64,000 nt of DNA, taken from NCBI GenBank assembly GCA_951406725.2, contig OX597830.1, positions 23,498,001 through 23,562,000 of the forward strand, read 5' to 3'. Source of the stretch: Octopus vulgaris (Eukaryota). This document shows positions 1 to 13,573 of the stretch, piece after piece. The first letter of the stretch is position 1, and the number at the start of each line of letters is the position of its first letter. The notes beneath the pieces are model-generated. The model made no database searches. It had not been told where the DNA came from and worked only from the letters and a program-made list of their open reading frames with translations. A program made the translations under genes and the position numbers.

Positions 1-370
<370 letters not shown>

Positions 371-371
371 C

Positions 372-1510
372 TGGATACTAAAGCTCGTGGAAAATCACGA
401 GAGACGAAAGAAGCTTCATTGTATCATAAAGAAAAGCAAAAGATTTGCTATTGATCTCGTGCAGGATACCCAAACTGAACAACCCGAGGGAAGTACGGCA
501 ACTATTGTTGCAAAGAAGGCGAAAATAATGGCAACGAAAAAAGCGCACGAGCAATTGGCTGATAGGTGGGAGGAGAACCTCTGCACGGCAAATATGTGGC
601 CCGTAGCAAACAAGCTGATGTTGACCAGAAGCAAACCCATCAGTGGCTACGGAGCTCAGGGCTAAAAGCAGACAGCGAAGGTTTCATCCTGGCTGCTCAA
701 GATCAAAGCCTATTAACCCGGAACTACCAGGCCAATATGATGAAAAATGGAGCAGTCCCAAAATGCCGATTCTGCAACGACATGATTGAAACAGTGGTCC
801 ACCTAATCTCTGGATGTAAAGTCTTAGCACTAGTGGAGTATAAATTAAGACATGACAGAGTTGGCCAATATCTACACTGGCTAATAAGTCGGCATTACAA
901 TATCGAAACTGCCGACAAGTGGTATAATCACCACCCTGAAGCTGTAACTGAAGGAGAAAATGTAACCATTCTGTGGGACTTTCCAGTACATACAGACCGA
1001 ACCATCAAATCCAATAAACCGGAAATTGTTGTGAAAGACCAAAACAATCAAGTTTGCTTTTTGATCGACATGAGCATCCCATGTGATCATAATATCTCGG
1101 CGAAAGAGTTTGACAAGCTCAGAAAATATAAAGACCTGCCCATTGAAATTGAGAAAATGTGGCATCTCACGGCGGTTACAATACCAGTGATCGTAGGAGC
1201 ACAAGGAATGATCAAGAAGGAAACCAAAAATTATATGAGAATGATCCCTGGCTTACCGTCCCTGCAAGAAGTGCAAAAGATTGTCTTAACTGGTACATCA
1301 CACGTACTGAGAAGAGCATTGTCGATGTGAGAACTATTACTACCCATGTATTTTAATTTAACTCTAAAAAAAAAAAAAAAAAATGAACGAACTAGTGAGT
1401 TTAGTTTAATGGCCTACCAATGTATACTATGTGTTTCTTTGCCCTAGGAGTCGGGAAGACACTCGGCAAGAAATGGAAGCAAATTTGAAAGAAGAAGAAA
1501 AAAAAGATAA
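372..1510 (+). mobile_element. 5'-truncated R4/Dong-clade retrotransposon: CCHC knuckle + restriction-like endonuclease, one frameshift, 3'UTR
   Basis: AAQDQSLLTRNY, CRFC..ETVVHLISGC (CCHC), RHDRV, ILWDF, NKPEIV..LIDMSIP..KLRKYKDL (PD-(D/E)xK-type RLE). Frameshift near 570. Starts right after (TAA)n and ends in TAA repeats. Confidence 0.92.
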
Positions 1511-1532
1511 AATAATAATAATAATGATAAAA

Positions 1533-1735
1533 GTACCAATGAAAAGAAGCAACAACCGTCTGTCTTGTCATCTATAATACTCTTAGCACAACCAGTCTGT
1601 CTTTAAATTTTAAAGACTTGTAGAGTTTTAATGTCCAAAGACCAACAGATCATGTACAACACAAGAATTACAGAATTTCGACATTTATTCTAGAACGCAA
1701 GTTCAACTGTACTTTTATCTAGGCACACTGGCATA
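1533..1735. repeat. ~200-bp unclassified repeat, copy 1 (copy 2 at ~3617-3818)
   Basis: taccaatgaaaagaagcaacaacc...ctaggcacactggcata is near-identical in both copies; both start immediately after TAA tracts. Confidence 0.85.
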
Positions 1736-1863
1736 TAAGTAGCTTGCTTACCAACCACATGGTTCCAGGTTCAGTCCCACTGCGTGACACCTTGGGCAAG
1801 TGTCTCGGACCGACCAAAGCCTTGTGAGTGGATTTGGTAGACGGAAACTGAAAGAAGCCTGTC

Positions 1864-1907
<44 letters not shown>

Positions 1908-2122
1908 ATATGTTTGTGTGTCTGTGTTTGTTCCTCTAGCATTGCTTGACAACCGATGCTGGTGTGTTTACGTCCCCGTCACCTAGCGGATCGGCAAAAG
2001 AGACCGATAGAATAAGTGCTGTGCTTACAAAGAATAAGTCCCGGGGTCGATTTGCTCGACTAAAGGCGGTGCCCCAGCATGGCCGCAGTCAAATGACTGA
2101 AACAAGTAAAAGAGTAAAGAGA
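1736..2122 (+). mobile_element. tRNA-derived SINE family A (5'-truncated)
   Basis: ggttccaggttcagtcccactgcg head, ccttgggcaag motif, internal (TA)n, tail ...catggccgcagtcaaatgactgaaacaagtaaaaga. About 15 copies in the window. Confidence 0.85.
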
Positions 2123-2127
2123 GTATA

Positions 2128-2163
<36 letters not shown>

Positions 2164-2420
2164 TGTATGTATGTATGTATGTATGTATGTATGCATTTTT
2201 GTATGTATATAAGTATGTATGTATGTATGTATGTATGTATGCATGCATATAAGTATGTATGTATGTATGTATGTATGTAGGTATGTATATATTTATGTAT
2301 GTATGTATGTATGTATGTATGCATGCATGTATATAAGTATGCATATATGGATGTATGTATGTATGCATGTATGTATGTATGTACACAGGTATGCAGGAAG
2401 TATATAGACGCCTTTAATTT

Positions 2421-2806
2421 TCAAAATCTTTTATTTGATTTTAATTGGTTGAAGGAAAGGTTTTCTTCAAGCTGCTCGTCTGTAATACCCAAGCTTATGC
2501 AGATATGGAACACACTTGGACTAACTTCTAGCTGTTTTGCAATATCAGAAGCCTTCGAACGGGGTTCATTTTTCACAATTCTCTTCAAACAGCGAAGCCT
2601 CATTTCCGAGGGCCCAGGTCGGCCGGGACGAGTATTTGTTGATTCTTTTCCTTGGCTTTTGAATTGCACTATAATTCTATTAACAGTAGCAAGAGGAATT
2701 TGAATATTTTCGGCAGTTTTTCGCTGGCTAAGACCAGCCTCGGATTGCCCAACAATACGACCTCTTTGAAAATCTGACAGTTATGCTGAGTTTTTGTGCG
2801 TGACAT
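2421..2806 (-). mobile_element. Tc1-like transposase N-terminal HTH relic
   Basis: MSRTK/(fs)LSDFQRGRIVGQSEAGLSQRKTAENIQIPLATVNRIIVQFKSQGKESTNTRPGRP..LKRIVKNEPRSKASDIAKQL: paired-like HTH plus GRP motif; frameshift and stop. Confidence 0.8.
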
Positions 2807-3507
2807 GGTTACTCTTCGCGAATGTTTAATATAATGGCACCTGGAATGAAAAAGAATAATTACATTGTAAATTCTACACAGCTGAAAACATATTAGGATG
2901 CTTAGATCAGAAATTTTGAATAATAAAGTTGTCTATTTACTTCCTGAATGTCTCTGTCTGTCTGTCTGTCTGTCTGCCTGCCTGTCTGTCTGTATGTATG
3001 TATGTGTGTATGTATGTATGCATGTATGTATGCATGTATGCATGTATATATGTATGCTCTTTTTTATATGGAGTAAATTTTGACCGTGCCCCTTACTTCG
3101 AAGCATGGTTGTGAAAGAAAACAACTTGCATTGTTCGTTATCTTTTAAATCATAGGAATTCTTAAAATCCCAGATAATGTATATATGTATGTATACATAC
3201 GTATATGTAAGTATGTATGCATGTATGTATGTATGTATGTATGTATGTATGTATGTATGTATGTATGTATGTATGTATGTATGTATGTATGTATGCATGC
3301 GTATATGTATATATAAGCATGTATGTATGTATGCAAGTGTGTGTGTGCATGTATATATGTGTACATATATGTATGTTTTGTACGCATGTAAGTGTATATA
3401 TGTATGCATGTATGTATGGAGATGCGTACGCATGCAAATTTTTCCTAACTGCTTCTAACTTCAAAGTTTACAGCAAGCACCTGTCAGGTGACAAGCTAAT
3501 AATGATG

Positions 3508-3616
<109 letters not shown>

Positions 3617-3818
3617 TACCAATGAAAAGAAGCAACAACCATCTGTCTTGTCATCCATAATACTCTTAGCACAACCAGTCTGTCTTTAAATTTTAAAGAC
3701 TTGTAGAGTTTTAATGTCCAAAGACCAACAGATCATGTACAACACAAGAATTACAGAATGACGACATTTATTCTAGAACGCAAGTTCAACTGTACTTTTA
3801 TCTAGGCACACTGGCATA
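3617..3818. repeat. ~200-bp unclassified repeat, copy 2
   Basis: Direct repeat of 1533-1735; follows (TAA)n 3500-3612. Confidence 0.85.
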
Positions 3819-4156
3819 TATATATACATATATATATATATATGTATGTATGTATGTATGTATATATGTATGTATGTATGTATATATATACAGTTGCACT
3901 GATGAGACTTATGATAAAGCTGTAATATAAGTATATCTGTCTGTCTGCCTGCTCGTGTATCTGTCTGTCTGTCTGTATGTATGTATGTATGTATGTATGT
4001 ATGTATGTATGTATGTATTTATATGTATGTGTGCACATATACACACAGGCATCTGTCTCACTGTCTGCCATTCTCTCTCTCTCTGTACACACACACGCAC
4101 ACACAGACACACACACACACAAGCATAAGAGTATATATACATACTCAAGTATGCCT

Positions 4157-4500
4157 TCTTTTATTCTTTTACTTGTTACAGTTATAAGGCTGCGGCCATG
4201 CTGGAGCATGGCTATGAAGAAATTTTAGTCAAAGGAATCGGCTTCTGTACTTATTATTATCTTTAAAGCCCCTGGTACTTATTCTGTCGGTCTTTATTGC
4301 CGACCGCTAAGTTATGGGAACAACAATACCGGTTGTTAAATGGTGTGCTGGGAATACACAAGCGCGCGCACACACACACACACACTTGTACGCATGATTC
4401 CTTCAGTTTCCGTCTACCAAATCCACCCACAAGGCTTTGGTCTCTCTGGGACTATATTAGGGGATATTTGCCCAAAGCACCACGCCGTGGGATTGAACCC
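4157..4500 (-). mobile_element. SINE family A
   Basis: Reverse complement of the family A body and tail. Confidence 0.75.
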
Positions 4501-5483
4501 ATATATATATATATATATATATATATGTTAATAAAATAGAACATATGCATATATATAAACATATATGTACGTACCTACCTCTACATGTACATATACACGC
4601 ATATATGTGTTCAGGACACCAAAAAGACGTCGAACACATAGAGAGACGAAAAACATAGACACAAACCAAGGAACAAGACAAGCAAAAAAAAGGAGAGATA
4701 CAGGACAATAAGCACAACGAAAAATCCCCTTCTTCAGTCGCTAAGGTTTCATCTACTAAACGTTTCGAAGGATAAAAGCGAGACGTATACTTCGAAGAAA
4801 ACTTCCTTCCTGCGAAAAGCAAATCAATTAAAATTCTGAGATCTTTTCGCAGAGGGGTAAAAAAAGCAAGACGGTAACGACAGTACAAACATATAAACAG
4901 TAAAAAATATATATATAAACAGTGGAAAAATAAATATATAACAGTGAGAGACAGGACAAGGAGAACAAGATAAGAAGGGCTGTTAACGCCAGACGAAAAA
5001 AGTATTGCAAACGCTGGATTATAGTGGACGACGAGAGAGAAAGAATGTCGACCAGTAGCCTTAGCAGGCGGGCGAGAAAAGACAGGATAGCAGTTACGAC
5101 GGAAGTATCGTCGCAGATGGACGACGGGAATGGGGGAGGAGGAGCAAGAGGAAGAGAGAGAAGAAGGGGAATGGTGCGAGGAGACCATGAAGAACGGTGA
5201 GGGGGAGAGAGAGAGGAAGAGACAAGTTAAGTGAGGGAAAAAAGACGAAAAAGGGAATGGGAGAGAAAGAAAGAAAGATGCAGAGTCGCGTGAGAGTTAA
5301 TATCAAGGCTAACTTGATAAACAGAACAATCTTACTTAATAGGGTGCGTGCGTTTAGTCGTATAATATGTTAATAAAATAGAACATATGCATATATATAT
5401 GTACAAACACACACACACACACACAAGTATATATGTATATATATATATATATATAAAATTGCAGCGTGGAAGGTGTTTTTAAA

Positions 5484-5866
5484 TCTCTATATATATAAAC
5501 GGCAGTTTGTCTGTGCGTGTTTCTGTGTGTCTGTTTGCTTGTACCCTCACCCTGACCACGGCTTTCAACCGATTCTGGTGAAACTTGACACACACATAGC
5601 CCAATGTCATAATTCAAAACTAACGCAGCGAAAATTTTGAAAAGTTCCCCCAGTTCTGAAAAAAATCGATAAATTCGACATGGGGTCGAGAATCAGAAAC
5701 ACAAACCCCAAACTGTCTAGGGGACGCAACTCCACCTTTTTTAACTAAAAAAAAAATTTACCATCATTTTTTTCCATTTTTTTGTTATTTTTTGGCTATA
5801 ACTCTCTAAAAATGCTTTATAGTTATTTCCCTTACAAACCTGAGCAACGCCGGGCGATACTGCTAG
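5484..5866 (+). mobile_element. Non-autonomous Helitron
   Basis: A|TCtctatatatataaac 5' end; 3' hairpin cc(t)gagcaacgccggg then CTAG|T; no TSD; 3' end shared with 54944-55340. Confidence 0.8.
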
Positions 5867-6356
5867 TGGCTTATAAACACCTTCCATGCTGCAATTATTT
5901 TTGTTTCAGCACACGATCTCAGATCAGGTCACTTCCTATGCAAGTACATCTCCGTGTATGTATATATATATATATATATATATAATGCCTACATATACAT
6001 GCATATATATACAGACATACATACGTACATGCATGCACATATACATTCATGCATGTATATAGGTACATGCAGACACAAAAATATAGTTTTCCTTGTAGGA
6101 AGATGTTTTAACACATGAAAAAGTATTCTCTCAGACACACTCACACACACACGTATTCACACACATGCATACACACAACACACACACACACACACACACA
6201 CATACATACGCAGACGCACGCACACGCCCATATTCACATAAAAACGTGCTTAGACATACGTCATCCAATATCCTTACGTCTTGTATACGTAGCAACGGCC
6301 TCATTCACATATATATACATATAGTCTTTACACACACATACGGAGAAACAGACACA

Positions 6357-6399
<43 letters not shown>

Positions 6400-7350
6400 A
6401 CATACACGCACGCATGCCGCACTCACCACACACACACGCACATTCAAACCCTGTGTGTGACCTGCAAATTAAAAGACTCCCTCATCTGCCACTACGTCTC
6501 TTACCAGCATACCTCCTACTACTACTCCTGCCAAACTACGTCTACCATCCATTATAACGGCCCTCACCGTCACCGCCATGTTCTTCATTTCCTCCCCCCC
6601 TCCACACGTTCACATTACCGCCACAACCACTGCAACAACATCACAACCATTACAATCACCACAACCACCATCTGTTGAAATGGAACTTCTCAGAAAAAAG
6701 GCGCTTTTTATTATCATGTATTATTATTTTTGTTTCTGTTTCCCTCGTAACCAAATATTATTGCAACACACGGACTGTAGTTTAGCAAATTCTTAAACCT
6801 TTGCTTTTGCGCAGCAAACATGATAACCACTTCTCGTATCAACAAGGGGAGTCTCTATAGCCGCTGTAGTTCTTAATCTTTTAACTTCGTAACCCACTAG
6901 AGATCAAACCAAAAAAACTACTTGAAGACTTCGCATGAGAAATCTTAAAAAAAAGAATACTGTTACTAATTTTAAAATGTAACAAAAAATTCAAAAAACT
7001 ATTATTTATCATGATTTTTTTGTTGTTAATCGTTCTTATTCATGTGTATATAAGAATTAGCATGGATTTTCTAAAGCATTAAGCTTTATTTTTGATAATC
7101 CCTGGTGGCACCCTTGTGTGGTACTGTTAGACAAGTACTGCTTTATATGGTCCTTCGATCTGATAGGTAGAGATAGTCAAATCTCCGTCAAATCATATAC
7201 CTTAATGCCTTTAAAACGAGAGAAAAAGTATAATAGATACACTACGTCTGGAGTAAAGGGAAATGGGATGGTCGTAAATAGAGCGCCTTTGATCAAGAGG
7301 TCTGCTTATTTTGGACTGACTTTAGGCTAAGCAACGATAGCAGCAGCAAC

Positions 7351-7814
7351 TACGAGGCTCCGGCGTGGGGGGAGGGTGAACCCCGCTGTACTCTTTCACC
7401 ACAACTTTCTCTCACTCTTTCTTCCTACTTCTGCTATAAAGCAGAGGAACCATGGTGTAACCCACTATGGTGTGGTAAACTTTCAGTCCCTAGTCTAGAT
7501 TGCGAATCCTCTGTACCCCAGGATGGTTCATCTCTCCACCCGTTAAAAGCCACCGTTCACGGAATGAGGATAACAACGTAGCTTTCGCGCCCGTGCAACC
7601 ACCAGTCTATCATCGCGTGTGGTGGGTAGATCTTCAAGTTGCCACACGCATTCTTTGTAGCTTAGCGTAGGCTCGAATTAGAGATTATTCTTTGTGGCAA
7701 ATGGCGTGAGTCCTGATTGGCAGAAGAAGAAGAAGAAGAAGAAGAAGAAGAAGAAGAAGAAGAAGAAGAAGAAGAAGAAGAAGAAGAAGAAGAAGAAGAA
7801 GAAGAAGAAGAAGA
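7351..7814 (+). mobile_element. SINE family C, (AAG)n-tailed variant, 5'-truncated
   Basis: Same ~370-bp body as 30940-31320 and 37138-37618; ends gagtcctgattgg + (AAG)n. Confidence 0.85.
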
Positions 7815-7997
7815 GCAACGGAAGCAACATCAACGACAATAATAGCAACAAACCTTGTTTTGAGATTAAGCTAATGGCAAGCCTCTACGGGAATGCTGGG
7901 AGTTATTTTCAGAAAGCAAAAATAACAAACAAACCTCACTCAAATGATACTTTGCTGTGTTTAAAAAGGAAGGATGTCGCATATTGTGAATCTAGAT

Positions 7998-8313
7998 CAG
8001 GGCTAGCCAATCTGAAGCCCGTGGGTTGCATGCGGCCCGCAGTCTTTTATCACGCGGCCCGCTCGAGACTTTCTTGAAATGGGTTTATTTAAGCATTTTA
8101 AAAATTAGAGTTTGTAATGAAAAGTCAAAAAAGAAAGATACTACTGTTTTTGCAACGATAGTATTTCATGTTGAATCAACGATCATTCGTTCATTATTGT
8201 AATAACAGCATGAGAAAGCAGAATGCTTTCAATTCTGTCAGTATACAAGCGGCCCTCAAAACACTTTCTGTGATTAAAGTGGCCCACAAGGTAATTCGAG
8301 TTGGGCAGGCCTG
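7998..8313. mobile_element. hAT-Charlie-type MITE
   Basis: Termini CAGGG...GCCTG, subterminal GCGGCCC repeats, 8-bp TSD atctagat/gtctagat (NTCTAGAN preference); interrupts an older repeat. Confidence 0.8.
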
Positions 8314-8879
8314 GTCTAGATACACTGGATTGTTGCGGCAAAAGCACGTTTAATCATAGATCTGTTCAATCAGGCTGACAGCAGTAACAACAAAATTCTA
8401 AGAAATATGTTTGTTTATTTCTTCATAAAACAACGCTCATCACAGACTGATGGATTAAGCTTTCCGCTCTTCTGATCGTCAGCCAAATGAGTTCACAGGT
8501 TCAATTCGTGGGTCGATACACTTCAGTTCATTCCATCAGGTGGAAAGAAAGTGAGCAAGAAAAGAAAAAAAAAACAAAATACAAAAATCAAACAAACACA
8601 TACAGGCATGGGTGTGTAACTCAGAAGCTCGCTTTACAACCACGCGGTTTCGGGTTCAATTCTTGCACATTAATTTCATTTGGTGGCTGTTTCGTTGATC
8701 GAATCAACAGGAAACCTCGTCGTCGTAACCGATGAAGAGCCAGGTGGCGCGAATCTGCGAATTACTCAGCCGCTTCGAGTGAGATTCTGATGAGTAGTAG
8801 GTCGTCAGAATCTGATCCGATTCCTGGATGCTCAAACGTCGAAATTGGTAAGAAAGTCCACCAGCATAATTATCATTGC

Positions 8880-9006
8880 TGTCGTCATCATCGTCGTCGT
8901 CGTCGTCGTTGTCATAATCATAATCATCGTCGTCGTCGTCATCATCATGGTCATCCAAATCTTCAGTGTCACCATCATCATCATCATCACCATCATCATC
9001 ATCACC

Positions 9007-9037
<31 letters not shown>

Positions 9038-9039
9038 CC

Positions 9040-9070
<31 letters not shown>

Positions 9071-9089
9071 CCATCGTCATCATCACCAC

Positions 9090-9121
<32 letters not shown>

Positions 9122-9227
9122 CCATCATCATCATCACCATCGTCATCATCACCACCATCACCATCATCATCATCATCATCATCATCACCATCATCATCAT
9201 CACCATCGTCATCATCATCACCATCAC

Positions 9228-9259
<32 letters not shown>

Positions 9260-9294
9260 ACACCATCATCATCATCACCATCATCATCATCACC

Positions 9295-9325
<31 letters not shown>

Positions 9326-9462
9326 CCATCGTCATCATCACCACCATCACCATCACCATCATCATCATCACCATCATCATCATCACCATCGTCATCATCA
9401 ACACCATCACCATCATCATCATCATCATCATCACCATCGTCATCATCACCACCATCACCATT

Positions 9463-9493
<31 letters not shown>

Positions 9494-9615
9494 CCATCAT
9501 CATCATCACCATCACCATCATCATCACCATCGTCATCATCACCACCATCATCATCATCACCATCATCATTACCATCGTCATCATCATCACCATCACCACC
9601 ACCACTACCACCACC

Positions 9616-9649
<34 letters not shown>

Positions 9650-9780
9650 TCATCATTGTCATCGCCTTCGTCGTTGTCGTTCGCCTTCTCATCCTCCTTC
9701 TCCTTATCACCATCATCATCATCATCATCATCATCATCATTATCATCATTGTCATCGTTATCCTTGATCGTCATCGTAGT
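8880..9780. repeat. Compound (CAT/CAC/CGT)n trinucleotide microsatellite
   Basis: Directly visible; source of the poly-H/D/M/I/S ORFs. Confidence 0.95.
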
Positions 9781-10159
9781 TGACCCTGTCATCAATCATC
9801 ATCGCCACGCTTACGCGAAGACCCAGTATTCAGCAGTGATCCAAAGAACACATATATTTTTCACAAAGAATTCTCTCTTGTCCCTCAAAACCACCCGTTT
9901 TCTTTAACAAAATAAAATAAAATAAAATAAAATAAAACAAAAAAACAAGCAAACAAAATCAAAACAACAAACAACAAAAAAGCAGAAAATAATAAAATCA
10001 ATCAAGTTTCGAGTTGGTTTGCCATCGATTATTTGCAAGGTTCTTTCTTCAGGAACGATTTCAATGATATGCTTGGATAGCAGAGAGCCGTAGAATAGGG
10101 CACAGGGCTAAATGCATTTAATATACTTAGTTGCGCTTTGGGTTCAAATTCACCAACAC

Positions 10160-10497
10160 AACCATTACCACCACCACCACCCACCACTGGTACCATCACC
10201 ATCACACTTGCCTCACCACCATCATAACTACAACCATAGCAACACCACTACACAACCACCTTTACCACCACCACCACCACCCACCACACCACCCACCACT
10301 GGTACCATCACCATCACACTTGCCTCACCACCATCATAACTACAACCATAGCAACACCACTACACAACCATCACTACTACTAATACTATTAGTACAGACA
10401 TCTTAAACACCAGTACCGCCGCCGCCGCCGCCACCACCACCACCACCGTTACTACTACCACCTCCACCACCACCACCGCCGCTTCTACCACCGTTAC

Positions 10498-10528
<31 letters not shown>

Positions 10529-10695
10529 TTCACCACCACCACCACCACCACCGCCGCTACTACCACCGTTACTACTACTACTACTACTACCACCACCACC
10601 ACCACCACCGCCGCTACTACCACCGTTACTACTACTACTACTACTACTACTGCTACTACCACCTCCACCACCACCACCGCCGCTACTACCACCGT

Positions 10696-10726
<31 letters not shown>

Positions 10727-10758
10727 TCCACCACCACCACCACCGCTACTACCACCGT

Positions 10759-10794
<36 letters not shown>

Positions 10795-10859
10795 CACCAC
10801 CGCCGCTACTACTACTACCACCACCACCACCACCACCACCACCACCACCACCACCGCCG

Positions 10860-10898
<39 letters not shown>

Positions 10899-10925
10899 TC
10901 ACTATCACTACCACCACCATTATTA
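10160..10925. repeat. ~110-bp tandem duplication followed by compound (CAC/CGC/TAC)n minisatellite
   Basis: ccactggtaccatcaccatcacacttgcc occurs twice (10184, 10296); recurring accaccgttactac unit with 45-75 bp spacing. Confidence 0.9.
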
Positions 10926-11058
10926 ACAACAACAGCAACAACGGTTCCAGCAAGCATGTTCCACTCAGATCGAGAACCGATTGCAAACATCTTTTTCATT
11001 ACAGCAATTTCTCTGTCTCTCCGCCTATCTCTCTCTCTCTCTCTCTCTTTGTCTGTCT

Positions 11059-11101
<43 letters not shown>

Positions 11102-11210
11102 GTTGTCTCTTTCTCTTTTCTTTCTCTTCTCTTTCATTCTCTGTTCTCGTTCTTTCCAAGGATTGTTTAAAGTTATGCATCATTACCCATACATGCACAT
11201 TCACACACAA

Positions 11211-11254
<44 letters not shown>

Positions 11255-11520
11255 GCGCACACACAAACACACACGCACATACTCACTCACACGCACACCA
11301 TATACGCAGTCACACCAACATATATGCATGTATGTGTAACGTTAGAGGAAGACCAAGAGAAGGTAGTGAAACAAACAGAACTACAGAAATCATACATACA
11401 CACATACACCATACACACATACATACATACTTACACACATGCATACTTACACACATACATACTTGCACACATACATATATATACATACATGTATACATGT
11501 ATAAATATATATATATATAT

Positions 11521-11748
11521 TTCTTTATTGCCCACAAGGGGCTAAACATAGAGGGGACAAACAAGGACAGAAAAAGGGATTAAGGTGATTACATCGACCC
11601 CAGTGCGTATCTGGTACTTTTTTTATCGACCCCGAAAGGATGAAAGGCAAAGTCGACCTCGGCGGAATTTGAACTCAGAACGTAGCGAGAGACGAAATAC
11701 TGCTGAGCATTTCGCCCGGCGTGCTAACGATCCTGCCAGCTCGCCGAC
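11521..11748 (-). mobile_element. tRNA-derived SINE family B
   Basis: Minus strand: ggcgagctggcaggatcgttagcacgccgggcgaaatgc...gagttcaaattccgccgaggtcgac (A/B-box-like). About 8 copies in the window. Confidence 0.85.
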
Positions 11749-11773
11749 TTATATAAATATATATATACTTATA

Positions 11774-11841
<68 letters not shown>

Positions 11842-11911
11842 TATGGGTAGGTGTGTATGTGGGTATAGATGTGTGTATGTATGCATGCACACACATACAT
11901 ATGCATATATT

Positions 11912-12293
11912 GGCGCAGGCATGGCTGTGTTGTTAGAAGATTTCTCCCAACGACATGGATTCCGGGTTCAGTCCCACTGCGCGACACCTCGGGCAAGTGT
12001 CTTCTACTATAGCCTCGGGCTGACCAAACCCTTGTGAGTGGATTTGGTAGAAGTTCGTCGTTTATATATATATATTCTTTTTATTCTTTTATTTGATTCA
12101 GTATTTTTCACTGCGACCATGCTGGAGCACCGTCTTTAGTCGAGCAAATCTACCCCAGGACTTATTCTTTGTAAGCCTTGTACTTATTCTATCAGTCTCT
12201 TTTGCTAAACCGCTATGTTACAGCGACGCGAACTCACCAACATCGGTTGTCAAGCGATGGTGGCGGCCTAACACAGACACAAACATGAACGAA

Positions 12294-12324
<31 letters not shown>

Positions 12325-12523
12325 CACGCACACACGCACACACGCACACACACACACACACACATAAACAACAGGCTTTTTTCAGTTTCCGTCTACTAAA
12401 TCCACGCACAAGGCTTTGGTCGGCCCGAGGATATAGTAGAAGACACTTTCCGAAGGTGCCCCGCAGTCAGATTGAACACGAAACCATGTGGTTGGGAAGC
12501 AAGCTGCTTACCATACAGCCACT
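11912..12523. mobile_element. Two SINE family A copies in opposite orientation (+ 11912-12060; - 12077-12523)
   Basis: Family A head on +, near-full copy on -. Confidence 0.8.
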
Positions 12524-12830
12524 CCTGCCCTGTCCCTAGCCACATTCAGATGGCTGATGTCCCTTATGTTATGGAGCAGTTACTGTTTATATCTCGTTTA
12601 GAGAATTATTATTGCTTTCGAACAGATTTTCTACATCAGTAAATGTATTTACTGTGAAAATCTTTAAATATAGCCTGCACAGAGAGTTATTCATCGGAGA
12701 GCGGTGCCTGCCATGCGTTGATAATAGGCAAATACCTTGAAACCTAGGTCCGTATGTGGCATCCGCTTCTTCGGGGAATGATCTCCCTTTGCAGGCTAGA
12801 GGACACCGTGATGGTCGACTTTTTCGACTA
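12524..12830 (+). mobile_element. Penelope-like terminal repeat (pLTR) relic carrying a hammerhead
   Basis: Its first ~90 bp recur inverted at 13375-13466; contains a hammerhead fold at 12712-12756. Confidence 0.6.
12712..12756 (+). ncRNA. Minimal type I hammerhead ribozyme, U3:A8 core variant
   Basis: catgcg-UUGAUAA-t agg caaata cct t-GAAA-cctagg-UC-cgtatg: 6-bp stem I, 3-bp stem II, palindromic stem III (ACCTAGGT), GUC cleavage triplet. Confidence 0.7.
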
Positions 12831-12849
12831 TACATATATATATATGTTT

Positions 12850-13270
12850 GTATATATGTCTTTGTGACTTCTGTGGTTGTCCTCACCACTGGACAACTGG
12901 TGTCAGTGTGTTTACGTCCCCATTAAATAGCAGTTTGGAAAAAGTGTCCGATAAAGTAATTCTGGATTTTTAAAAAAGAAACATAAAAACTGGGGTCGAT
13001 TTGTTCCACTAAAACCCTTCAAGGCGGTGCTCCAGCATGGCTGCAGTCAAATGACTGAAACAAGCAAAAGAATAAATGAATATATTCACATACTCTTTTA
13101 CTTGTTTCAGTCATTAGACTGCGGTCATGCTGTAGCACCACCTTGAAGAGTTTAGTCGAAAAAATCGACCATAGTACATCATTTTTGTCGTTGAGCCTCT
13201 AAGTTACGGGGACACAAACAAACCATCTCTGGCTGTCAAGTTTTGGCTGGAGACAAATAGAAAGACCAAC
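12850..13270. mobile_element. Two SINE family A 3' halves tail-to-tail
   Basis: Family A tail on + (to ~13075) and on - (from ~13095). Confidence 0.7.
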
Positions 13271-13332
13271 ACAGATATAAATATTAGTGTGTGTATATAT
13301 ATATATGTATATATATATACATATATATATAC

Positions 13333-13376
<44 letters not shown>

Positions 13377-13418
13377 CAATAATAATTCTCTAAAAGAGAT
13401 ATAGACAGTAACTGCTCG

Positions 13419-13540
13419 ATAACATAAGGGACTAAAGCCATCTGAATATGGCTAGGGACAGGGCAGGGTGGTGGGGGTAGTAACACCCCCACCACCCTGC
13501 CCTGTCCCTAGCCATATTCAGATGGCTTTAGTCCCTTATG

Positions 13541-13544
<4 letters not shown>
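13419..13544. repeat. Perfect 60-bp inverted repeat, 6-nt loop
   Basis: Arms 13419-13478 and 13485-13544 are exact reverse complements; loop agtaac. Confidence 0.95.

Positions 13545-13573
<29 letters not shown>

Noticed and set aside
4725-4800. Permuted hammerhead on the minus strand (GAAAcgUU ... CUGAAGA)
   Set aside because: No credible stem I; likely a degenerate Penelope-type repeat, but the fold is unsupported.
8772-8860. CTGATGA...GAAA hammerhead candidate
   Set aside because: Stems I-III do not form; the motif is just one arm of a short hairpin (gattctgatga/tcgtcagaatc).
8704-9907. 300+ aa Asp-, His-, Ser-, Met- or Ile-rich ORFs (biomineralisation-like)
   Set aside because: Open in five frames because (CAT)n lacks stops in those frames; no supporting gene structure.
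9815-10130. Minus-strand exons (|gtaagc donor at 9814)
   Set aside because: Weak acceptors and no recognisable peptide; cannot be supported.
10360-11137. Gly/Ser-rich structural protein ORF
   Set aside because: Translation of a compound trinucleotide minisatellite; starts in a (GA)n tract.
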